DNA of 61,860 nucleotides from an uncultured archaeon (lineage in GTDB: Archaea > Halobacteriota > Archaeoglobi > Archaeoglobales > Archaeoglobaceae), in assembly GCA_964462505.1 (NCBI GenBank), contig CAYWXE010000001.1:1-61860 (forward strand), written 5' to 3'. A program made the translations under genes and the position numbers. Below are positions 53,991-61,860 of the stretch, one piece after another (within the stretch, counting starts at the first letter, position 1; each line of letters starts with the position of its first letter). The notes beneath the pieces are model-generated. The model did not search any database. It had not been told where the DNA came from and saw only the letters and a program-made list of their open reading frames with translations.

Positions 53991-54946
53991 TTGTAATGAA
54001 GAGTTACTACCCAATGATTTTTCTAACAGCTTTAGCGTTTTCATTGCCGATTTTTATGCCAGAAGCATATCTCTACGTTATAGGATTATCTTATCTGTTT
54101 GCGATAGCAGTCGTTAGCTGGGATTTGATAACGGGCTACACCGGGCAAGTAAATTTAGGACATACTGTATTCGTTGGCTTAGGTGCATACACAGCAGCAA
54201 TACTTCAAGTTCCGTCGAGGATTGGGATGGAATTCGACGTTCCAATTTTCATATCGATTTTAGCTGGAGGAGTGGTAGCGGCTTTGTTTGGATTCTTAAT
54301 AGGTGTTGTTACACTTAGGCTAAGGGGTTACTACTTCGCTTTAGTGACAGCTGTTTTGCCACTTGTATTCATGCAGACAGTTTTCATCTGGAGAGATGTC
54401 TTTGGTGGAGAAGAGGGTTTTTCAATCGGATTGGAAAACTCATTAGCGGAATCTGTAATCGGTAGATATTACATAGCGTTGATAATAGCGGTTGTCTGCA
54501 TAGCGATAATGTGGTTCATAGTTAGAAGTCAGTTGGGATTGAAGTTTAAAGCTATTAGGGAGGATGAACAGCTTGCGGAATCGATAGGGATAGATACAAC
54601 CAAGTACAAGGTTTTAGCCTTCGTAATAAGTGCTTTTTTTGCTGGGATAAGTGGAGCATCGATAGTTCATTACAGAATAACCGTTAGCCCAGATCTATAC
54701 GATATACCACTCATGCTCTTGATAATCCTATCAGCTGTAATAGGTGGGCTTGGGACTCTATACGGGCCTTTGTTTGGTGCAATATTTATCTATTTGGCTA
54801 AGAGTTGGTGGCTTAAGGAGATTACAAAGGGCATAGTTTTTCCGATCGACGAGGTTATACTCTACATGTTGTTGATAATCTTTGGAATTCTCATGCCCGA
54901 AGGGTTATACGTCGAGCTTAAAAAGAGGTTTAGAGCTAAGTTTTAA
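53987..54946 (+). CDS. livM: Branched-chain amino acid ABC transporter permease, LivM type.
   Basis: GYTGQVNLGHTVFVGLGAY motif. The start was set at MIVMK (ATGA overlap with livH). Confidence 0.85.
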   Translation: MIVMKSYYPMIFLTALAFSLPIFMPEAYLYVIGLSYLFAIAVVSWDLITGYTGQVNLGHTVFVGLGAYTAAILQVPSRIGMEFDVPIFISILAGGVVAALFGFLIGVVTLRLRGYYFALVTAVLPLVFMQTVFIWRDVFGGEEGFSIGLENSLAESVIGRYYIALIIAVVCIAIMWFIVRSQLGLKFKAIREDEQLAESIGIDTTKYKVLAFVISAFFAGISGASIVHYRITVSPDLYDIPLMLLIILSAVIGGLGTLYGPLFGAIFIYLAKSWWLKEITKGIVFPIDEVILYMLLIIFGILMPEGLYVELKKRFRAKF

Positions 54947-54971
54947 AAACTAACACAAACTATTTCGATTT

Positions 54972-55952
54972 GTGATCGAAGTGGAAAACTTCCTAATCAA
55001 AGATGAAGCTCAAACAGATGAAAGGTATGGTTGCTATCCGATGAAGAGACCGATTCCAGAGTATATAAGAAAGGGATTCGTCTGCATAGACAAGCCAATG
55101 GGGCCTAGTAGTCACGAGGTTGTAGTTTGGGTTAGAAAGATATTGGAGGTAAACAAGACAGGGCATGCAGGCACATTAGATCCAAGGGTTACAGGAGTTT
55201 TGCCAATATTCATAGAGAATGCAACAAAACTCGTAAAGTTCTTGCAAGCATCGGACAAGGAGTACATTTGCCTTATGAAGCTTCATGGAGATGTAAAAGA
55301 GGAGGAATTGCACAGGGTTATGAGCATGTTCATAGGAAAGATTTACCAAAGACCTCCACTCAAGTCAGCTGTTAAGAAGAGGTTGAGGGTTAGGCATGTT
55401 TACAAAATAGAGATACTTGAAGTAGATGGTAGAAACGTCTTGTTTAAAGTTGCAACTGAACATGGAACGTACATAAGAAAGCTCTGCAAAGACATAGGTG
55501 AGGTTCTTGGAGTTGGTGCACATATGCAAGAGCTCAGAAGAATTAGGACTGGTAGATTTACTGAAGAGATGTGTTACACCCTACACGACTTGTTAGACGC
55601 TTACGTATTCTGGAAAGAGAATGGAGAGGAGAAGTATATAAGGGAAATCATTAAACCGATGGAAATGGCCGTTGCAGATTTGCCTAAGATCGTTGTGAAG
55701 GATACGGCTGTCGATGCGATCTGTCATGGAGCAGATCTGTCCGTTAGGGGGATAGCTTACATAGAGAAAACTGTAAAAAAGGATGACATAGTTGCTATAT
55801 TTACTTTAAAGGATGAGTTGGTAGCGATTGGAAAGGCCTTAATGGATGCCGAAAAGATGTACAAAGCTAAGAGTGGTATCGCTGTAGACATCCAGAGAGT
55901 TATTATGGAGAGAGGAGTTTATCCAAAAGCTTGGAAGTCTAAGTCCTCATAA
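54972..55952 (+). CDS. cbf5: H/ACA RNP pseudouridine synthase Cbf5 (TruB family with PUA domain).
   Basis: GTG start, catalytic HAGTLDPRVTGVLP, C-terminal PUA (VVKDTAVDAICHGADL). 326 aa. Confidence 0.9.
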   Translation: MIEVENFLIKDEAQTDERYGCYPMKRPIPEYIRKGFVCIDKPMGPSSHEVVVWVRKILEVNKTGHAGTLDPRVTGVLPIFIENATKLVKFLQASDKEYICLMKLHGDVKEEELHRVMSMFIGKIYQRPPLKSAVKKRLRVRHVYKIEILEVDGRNVLFKVATEHGTYIRKLCKDIGEVLGVGAHMQELRRIRTGRFTEEMCYTLHDLLDAYVFWKENGEEKYIREIIKPMEMAVADLPKIVVKDTAVDAICHGADLSVRGIAYIEKTVKKDDIVAIFTLKDELVAIGKALMDAEKMYKAKSGIAVDIQRVIMERGVYPKAWKSKSS

Positions 55953-56044
55953 CATTGCAGGTTTTTACATTGAATATCTCTTGTAACAGATGGAAGTTGT
56001 GATACTTAAACACTTCATCAACAGTGTTAAATTCAAAAGATAAT

Positions 56045-56617
56045 TTAAATCTCGCCAGAAAGCAACATCAAAGAAAACTCTTTGTTATTAAACAATTCAA
56101 TTGAATAGTTATCCCAAAAAACGCAAGTTCCAATTACTATTACTTCGGACTGTTTTGCCGCTAAGCAGTATTTTTTCGTTTTTAAAATCGCTTCACCTTC
56201 AACAGAGCTACTGCAAGGCATTACAACTTTTAGTCCATTGTATTCAGCTATTGGGAAGTTTTGATCTTTGTAATACGGTTCATCTCTCACTATGTCGTTA
56301 TTTAGTTTTATATCTATACCTACTTTCGATAACACTCTGTTTATATTCGTATTGACATCATCGAAGTCGTTGTAGTAACCTGCAAAGATAACATTCTTTC
56401 CATTTCTTATCCATCTTCTAAGCATTTTTATCTCGGAAGTCTTAAACCTAACCTCTGGATAGTTAAAGACTATTACATCGTATTTTTCGAGTCTACTATA
56501 CTTCGCAACTGCATCTATTTTTATCCCTTCTTCCTCTGCAAGCCTCTTGAGCTTAGAGAAGTAGTAGTAATCCGTGATTAGGAACTCCCCATGACTCGCA
56601 TCCCAGCCAATTCTCAT
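56045..56617 (-). CDS. Hypothetical protein.
   Basis: A 190-aa ORF with an alpha/beta-like pattern. No family was recognised with confidence. Confidence 0.4.
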   Translation of the reverse strand: MRIGWDASHGEFLITDYYYFSKLKRLAEEEGIKIDAVAKYSRLEKYDVIVFNYPEVRFKTSEIKMLRRWIRNGKNVIFAGYYNDFDDVNTNINRVLSKVGIDIKLNNDIVRDEPYYKDQNFPIAEYNGLKVVMPCSSSVEGEAILKTKKYCLAAKQSEVIVIGTCVFWDNYSIELFNNKEFSLMLLSGEI

Positions 56618-56640
56618 GAATTAGTTTAGATTTAATCTAT

Positions 56641-57450
56641 TTAAGAACTTTTCTTCAAAAAGACTATAAAAAAGTAGATGAGAGATACTACTAATGCCGC
56701 AAAAGCCCCAGCTGGGATTGGGTAAGACATAGAAACGAATATGCTCAACACAATACTCAGTAATGAAATAATAAAGGCGATATAGAAGACTTGATACAGG
56801 TTTTTCGCAATTTCCTTAGCTGATGCGGCTGGTGCGACGAACATCGCGAATACGAGAACAGCCCCAATCGCTTTTAAAGTAGATACAACAGATACAGATA
56901 TAAGAGATACAAGAATGTAATCGATGAGTTTTACATCTATTCCAAACGCATAGGCTCCATCTGGATCAAAGGATACAAATATGAAGTATTTGTAGAGGAC
57001 TACAACTGCTGTTATAATCAAAGACGTTGAAACACTCATCAAAAATAGATCAAAATCCGTTAAGAGTAGTAAATCACCGAATAGGAATGTCCAAGCCTTA
57101 GCAGCGAATTCCCTCGTCATAGATAGAAACAAAACTGCAATAGACATAAACAGTGCAAACGATATGGCTATTCCAGTGTTTATATCTCTAGAGTTTGCAG
57201 CTAAAACAGCTGAGATAATGGCGAGTATCAAAGCCGGTGGAAAGTAATCCACTTCGAATCCAATAGATGAGAAGTATATCGCCAAAGCAACCCCAGCCAA
57301 AGCTGAATGGGAAGATCCAGCTATTAAAAAGGATGCCCTCCTAAACACCGTTAGAGTGCCAGCCGCTGATGCATTCAAAGCAATTGCAAGAGTTGCAACC
57401 AAAGCCCTTAGGTATTCATCCGTGATCGTAAAATGGATGGGCATATCCAT
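56641..57450 (-). CDS. Metal (Zn/Mn/Fe) ABC transporter permease (ABC-3 / ZnuB-TroC type).
   Basis: 269-aa polytopic protein typical of ABC-3 permeases. It overlaps the upstream ATPase gene. Confidence 0.8.
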   Translation of the reverse strand: MDMPIHFTITDEYLRALVATLAIALNASAAGTLTVFRRASFLIAGSSHSALAGVALAIYFSSIGFEVDYFPPALILAIISAVLAANSRDINTGIAISFALFMSIAVLFLSMTREFAAKAWTFLFGDLLLLTDFDLFLMSVSTSLIITAVVVLYKYFIFVSFDPDGAYAFGIDVKLIDYILVSLISVSVVSTLKAIGAVLVFAMFVAPAASAKEIAKNLYQVFYIAFIISLLSIVLSIFVSMSYPIPAGAFAALVVSLIYFFIVFLKKSS

Positions 57451-58156
57451 CCTCGCAAATCACGAATTGTACACTAATTCCATAAGCCTCTAAGACGTTT
57501 TCATGCGTTAAAACTTCCTCAGGCTTTCCAAATGCCACAACTCTTCTGTTGAGAAGTAGTATCTTATCTACGTAGTGCAGAAGTGGATTTACGTTGTGAA
57601 GGACAGCTATCACAGTTATACCCCTTCTCTTCAAATCATTGAGTAACTCAATTATCCTACCTTGGGACGGTAGATCTACTCCGTTAAAGGGTTCATCTAA
57701 TATCAAAAGCTTTGGATCGTTTATCAAAGCCCTCGCAATTAAAACTCTCTGCTGTTGTCCCATACTTAACTCGTTAAACCTCTCATTCCAATACATCTCC
57801 ATTCCAACGAGTTCAAGCAGTTTTTTCAGTTCTTCTTCTGATTTAGATCTGTTTGCGAGTTTCATTACATCTCTAACCAGTATTGGCATATCTGTAAAGT
57901 GTTCCCTCTGGGGAAGATAACCTACAAACTCCAATACTTTCTTTCTGTTCTCTTTTGGATTGTGGCCGAATATCAGGACTTCACCTCTTACAGGTTTTAG
58001 ATAGCCTATTAAAATCTTCACAAGTGTTGTCTTTCCAGCACCGTTTGGCCCTATTACGGTTAAGAACTCACCTCTATCGATTTCGAAGTTTACATCCTTT
58101 AATACTTCTTTGTCGTTATACGAGAACTCTAAATCCCTAACAACTACTGCTTTCAT
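57416..58156 (-). CDS. Metal ABC transporter ATPase (ZnuC type).
   Basis: GPNGAGKTT, LSMGQQQR, LLILDEPF. The start was set at MKAVVV (ATGA overlap with the binding-protein gene). Confidence 0.85.
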   Translation of the reverse strand: MKAVVVRDLEFSYNDKEVLKDVNFEIDRGEFLTVIGPNGAGKTTLVKILIGYLKPVRGEVLIFGHNPKENRKKVLEFVGYLPQREHFTDMPILVRDVMKLANRSKSEEELKKLLELVGMEMYWNERFNELSMGQQQRVLIARALINDPKLLILDEPFNGVDLPSQGRIIELLNDLKRRGITVIAVLHNVNPLLHYVDKILLLNRRVVAFGKPEEVLTHENVLEAYGISVQFVICEDGYAHPFYDHG

Positions 58157-59079
58157 TTCCTCACCCCTATGAATAGCAAAGCTCCAGCTTCGAGCAGGCA
58201 TATCGCTGAGAGCACGTAGAGGTACTCGTCATTTCCAGATGACCTTTTGGTTTGTGAATAAGCTATTCTTGCAGCATTTGAAATCAACGCAGTTTCGTAG
58301 CTAACATCACCCATCGAAAATCTAACATAAGCAACTCTACAACCCGTATCCCTTGACAACTGCTCAACTACTTCTCCAACCTTTGAACCCTTCATAAACT
58401 CTGGAATTATTATTCCGACGTATTCTCCACTTTTCAGCTTCCCTCTAATTTTTTCAAGCTCTTTACCACTTAGAAATCCATAGCTTTCCGAGAACAAAAC
58501 AGCTGACACGTTTACACCCAAAGACGATGCGATATAGCAAACACCTGGAACTGCTGCAACGAAGTTTTTACCCCTTACGTCTTTAGCAATTCTATTCGCT
58601 TCAGCTTCGGCCTCTTTAACCCTCTTAATGAATTCTACAAAGTTCTCTTCGAAGTAATCCCTATACTCAGGATAGAGTAGAGATAATCGCTCCTTTACAG
58701 CTTTTGCTATTGCTATGCAGTTTTCTGGCTTAAGCCAATAACCATGTGGATTTTTGGGATAGCCCGGAAAGTCTTCAAGTTCAACACCGTAATCTTCAAA
58801 GTCTAAAACATTTTTGAATTTTTCTTTTATCTTTCTCTCAAAACCAAAGAGTTCCGAGTTTGTCAGTACTATCAAATCTGCATTTTTAAGGAGTTCTATA
58901 TCCTTTCCACTCAAACTGAAGTGATGCGGATCACTACCAGCTGGTAGTAGTGATACGACTTCGAGTTTATCCCCGGTAATGGCTTTAACTATAGGTTTAA
59001 AATCCGAGATTGTTACGACAATACTCGCATTAACTGGAATTACAATTAGGATTATCAGTAGGAATAGAAGAAACCTCAT
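58153..59079 (-). CDS. Metal ABC transporter substrate-binding protein (cluster 9 / TroA-ZnuA type) with a C-terminal hydrophobic anchor.
   Basis: Signal peptide MRFLLFLLIILIV, LPAGSDPHHF metal-site motif, and a C-terminal LSAICLLEAGALLFIGVRK. Confidence 0.8.
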   Translation of the reverse strand: MRFLLFLLIILIVIPVNASIVVTISDFKPIVKAITGDKLEVVSLLPAGSDPHHFSLSGKDIELLKNADLIVLTNSELFGFERKIKEKFKNVLDFEDYGVELEDFPGYPKNPHGYWLKPENCIAIAKAVKERLSLLYPEYRDYFEENFVEFIKRVKEAEAEANRIAKDVRGKNFVAAVPGVCYIASSLGVNVSAVLFSESYGFLSGKELEKIRGKLKSGEYVGIIIPEFMKGSKVGEVVEQLSRDTGCRVAYVRFSMGDVSYETALISNAARIAYSQTKRSSGNDEYLYVLSAICLLEAGALLFIGVRK

Positions 59080-59471
59080 AACTCTACCTCTGGTATTTCC
59101 TTCCCGCACGGACAAAACCTTCTACCCCTATACCTCTCTTCTATAACCCGCAAGAGCTCTTGGCTTACAAAGGATTCTATCTTTGTGGCTTCGACGCATA
59201 TGTGTTCGTAACTAATTCCCAATTCCTCGAGTAGGCACTCTATAAGCCTGTGTTTTTTTAAAGCCTTTAAACCCTCTTTAACTCCGATTTCATTAAGAAT
59301 GAATCCCTTTTTTGGAATGTAAACACCAAATCCAGATTCTGCAAGCTTTAATAGCATCTTATGAGCTGTGGATTTCGGAATTCGCAGAGTAGAGGATATG
59401 TAACTGGGACCTACTACTTTCCTACCCTTCTCATTAGCTAGATATATTACCCTAAGCAATGTTGTCTCCAT
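59076..59471 (-). CDS. Short DtxR-family metal-dependent repressor (MDR1-like), first gene of the ABC operon.
   Basis: 131 aa: LLRVIYLANEKGR...STLRIPKSTAHKMLLKLAESG ... KHRLIECLLEELGI. ATGA overlap with the binding-protein gene. Confidence 0.75.
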   Translation of the reverse strand: METTLLRVIYLANEKGRKVVGPSYISSTLRIPKSTAHKMLLKLAESGFGVYIPKKGFILNEIGVKEGLKALKKHRLIECLLEELGISYEHICVEATKIESFVSQELLRVIEERYRGRRFCPCGKEIPEVEL

Positions 59472-59624
59472 TGTAAACAGTGTTCACATTGTGGACATAT
59501 AACGCTTATCGCTGAAGATATTACATAACTGATTATTAGCTTATTATAAGTCTAAAAATATCATAAATAAAATAAATTTATTTATATTTTAAAAATTGTA
59601 TGATTTACGTATACTCTGAAATTC

Positions 59625-61860
59625 TTAAGCGAAGAATTCTTCAATTTTAATCTGCTTTTTCACATCGTTTTCAAACAGCGATCTAATCTCTAACTCGACT
59701 AGTTTTAACCTCTGCCTTGTATACTCTGAAACACCGTATTTTTCACATAGGTATCTCGATATGTCTAAGTATTTCATTATAGAGCTACTGTGAACTGTCA
59801 GAGTTAATCTTCCACCACATCTAAGACATTTTCCAGTCAGTGGTATTCTCCTATACTTCTCGTTACAGTTAACACATCTAAACTCCTGCCTTGAAAAAGC
59901 TCTGAGATTTCCGATTATATCTGGCAGAAAGTGAGTGGTTATAACCCTCTCTGCTACGTCGTTTTCATCGACCGCAATTATCTTTTCAGCTATCTCCATC
60001 TGAGCTTTTACCTTGTCTTGCATCGTTTCAAGCGATTTATAGGCACTCTCCTTTACACCCATTGATATACTTTCGGTGTCATGCGTAAACTTAAGCCCAT
60101 AAAACCTCATCTCGGTAGCTAACCTATCTCCAACTTTTTCTATCAACTCCTCAACGTCTTTAGGATTTGCAAATCTAAGCGTCGCCTTATAGAATTCGAG
60201 TGGATAAACGTCAACTATATCCATGTTGTGAACTTCCTTATCCACTTCTTTTGGATCGACTATAGCCGTCAACACTAGAGGTGCATCCATTTGTCCCCCT
60301 CTTTTATCCGGTAGATAATGGCGGGAGAAGTTCAGTAATCCGTCTAGTAGAAGCATAACAGAGTCCTCATCACCGTCACATTGAGCTACAACTATATAGT
60401 CATTTATCAGAACGTTGTGATAGTTTTTAGCATTTAAACAGTAAACAAAGGGCTCTAATGCTTTTATGTATCTAACCTTCCTTACCTTCAACAACCATCC
60501 GAAATCGTTTTTCCTTAAATCTCTTCTGCGAGCTTTATTCCTGTGCATGTAGTAGACGGATTGCTTTCTCTTGATGCTAAATCCTATTTCGTCGAAGAAT
60601 TTGTCATGATATTCACTAGTGATGTTAAATGCGTAAACCTTTGAAATTGGGATGTCTAAACCTTTACATTTATAATATCTTAAAGCAATACTGTTTCCCC
60701 TATTGGCGTTTCTGTCGATTGTAAAGTATCCTCTAATTTCAAACTTCATTAAGAGAAGTTCGATATCTCTAAGTAACTGTAGATTTACACTGTAAATGCT
60801 AACCCTTGGCTTTGTCTTTAATGCTGAGCCATCTCCAGTGAAATACGCACTGAGTAAGATTTTGATCTTCTCCTTCGGTAATTTAAACACGAAACTTGGT
60901 ACTCTCTTATCATAGGCGTTATTACCAGTCTTCAAAATCTCTGTAAACAGTAAATATATTATTCTTGAGCTAATCGTTAACTTTCCATCCCTTGTACTGA
61001 TTCTAACTTCATCTCCAAATGAATCTCTCACAGCTTTCTTGATTTCTTCCGTTACATTCCTCTCAAATGTTGAAAAGACTATTTGATAGCAATTCCTGTT
61101 ACATCTTGCATATCCTTCGGCTAAGTAGTAACCGATGAGTTTAAGTAGAGGCTTAACACTAATAAACCTCTTAACTCGCACTTTATCCCTCTTAACACCT
61201 AAATAGATATCCTTAGGAATGTCATCCAGCTCTAAACCCTTAATCTTAAGGATTTCGAGTAGGTCTCTTAACGATATGGAATCAAGTCTTAGCTCGTCAA
61301 AATATCTCTTTTTCTCTTCTTTAGTTAAAATTCTCTCTAAGAATTGCCTCACTCCAAGAACCATTATGATTTCATGTAGTTCTTTAAGCTTTACAAATTC
61401 CTTGAGTAGATCTATTTCTTCAACATCTTCCTCATCGAATTCGATAATTGGAGAAATCATTAAATCGCCTTCTCTAACTTCAAAAGCTCTCTTCTTAATG
61501 AGTTCTCCATTTTCATAGATTAAAACGTTATGATCAGGTGTTACAGTGAATCTCTTCCCGCCCTCGAGTTCAATTTCAATGAGATGCTCTGGCGATTGAG
61601 CCTTAATTACATCAATTACATCTGTTAAAACAACTCTTCTACTCCTCAGATCAAAGGAGTAAACCTTAATGTTTACCTTCGGCTTATCTCTAACCCAAAC
61701 TCCTTTTTCGAACCTCTCATTTTCAAACAACTCGTATAACTCCTTTATAGTGATTCTTTTAATTTCTCCGTTTATATTCAGCAAGATCTCAGTATCTCCG
61801 GTAAAGCAGTTCCTCCTCTTTGCCGCATGCCAGTAGGGATGTGCATAACAAGCCAAAGCA
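59625..61860 (-). CDS. polC: DNA polymerase II (PolD) large subunit DP2, C-terminal part, interrupted by an intein. The ORF continues beyond the window edge.
   Basis: Exteins [13 protein letters not shown] | [19 protein letters not shown]..., and C-terminal zinc motifs CVNC...CLRC. Confidence 0.9.
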   Translation of the reverse strand, partial: ALACYAHPYWHAAKRRNCFTGDTEILLNINGEIKRITIKELYELFENERFEKGVWVRDKPKVNIKVYSFDLRSRRVVLTDVIDVIKAQSPEHLIEIELEGGKRFTVTPDHNVLIYENGELIKKRAFEVREGDLMISPIIEFDEEDVEEIDLLKEFVKLKELHEIIMVLGVRQFLERILTKEEKKRYFDELRLDSISLRDLLEILKIKGLELDDIPKDIYLGVKRDKVRVKRFISVKPLLKLIGYYLAEGYARCNRNCYQIVFSTFERNVTEEIKKAVRDSFGDEVRISTRDGKLTISSRIIYLLFTEILKTGNNAYDKRVPSFVFKLPKEKIKILLSAYFTGDGSALKTKPRVSIYSVNLQLLRDIELLLMKFEIRGYFTIDRNANRGNSIALRYYKCKGLDIPISKVYAFNITSEYHDKFFDEIGFSIKRKQSVYYMHRNKARRRDLRKNDFGWLLKVRKVRYIKALEPFVYCLNAKNYHNVLINDYIVVAQCDGDEDSVMLLLDGLLNFSRHYLPDKRGGQMDAPLVLTAIVDPKEVDKEVHNMDIVDVYPLEFYKATLRFANPKDVEELIEKVGDRLATEMRFYGLKFTHDTESISMGVKESAYKSLETMQDKVKAQMEIAEKIIAVDENDVAERVITTHFLPDIIGNLRAFSRQEFRCVNCNEKYRRIPLTGKCLRCGGRLTLTVHSSSIMKYLDISRYLCEKYGVSEYTRQRLKLVELEIRSLFENDVKKQIKIEEFFA
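60381..61808 (-). mobile_element. 476-aa intein with a LAGLIDADG homing-endonuclease domain, inserted in the DP2 KRRN/CDGDED motif.
   Basis: Block [10 protein letters not shown], block B TVTPDH, LAGLIDADG motifs [11 protein letters not shown] and [11 protein letters not shown]. The C-terminal junction is IVVAQ|C. Confidence 0.85.

Overview
This 61.9-kb window looks like a chromosomal segment of a hyperthermophilic euryarchaeon. The taxon call is an inference from gene content: TiaS next to a translin-like gene, Hdr/Flx-type redox genes, an archaeal-type GAPDH and TIM, S6e, a PolD DP2 subunit with an intein, and C/D-box sRNAs. Together with AT-rich spacers, these fit the Archaeoglobaceae best.

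The window is densely packed, and many genes overlap by 4 nt (ATGA junctions). Most of it is housekeeping:
- Amino-acid genes: ilvE-ACT-hom, hisAB, ilvBN, and the COG1900/NIL-ferredoxin homocysteine route.
- Nucleotide genes: pyrG, guaA.
- Translation and RNA modification: rps6e, truA, cbf5, tiaS, and 3 tRNAs.
- Central metabolism: gap, tpiA.
- Transport: two Feo systems with a DtxR-like regulator, a Liv-type ABC system, and an MDR1-type metal ABC operon.

The observations most worth a second look are:
1. An 8-gene Hdr/Flx-like electron-bifurcation cluster. Its HdrA is an internally duplicated 990-aa protein, and its first gene is a ferredoxin-MvhD-wHTH fusion.
2. A full-length FtsZ/tubulin-fold homologue in which all GTP-binding signatures are degenerate.
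3. Two textbook C/D-box sRNAs in supposedly empty spacers, one of which overlaps a predicted small ORF.
4. A perfect 1,205-bp tandem duplication covering exactly the mature domain of a solute-binding protein, between its signal peptide and a PGF-CTERM-like sorting signal.
5. A FeoB split into GTPase and permease ORFs, with an internal Shine-Dalgarno-like site.
6. A 476-aa LAGLIDADG intein in the DP2 catalytic motif that ends in Ala-Gln instead of His-Asn.
7. The probable trailer end of a CRISPR array at the left edge.

All functional calls come from motif and family recognition by eye. No database search was run.
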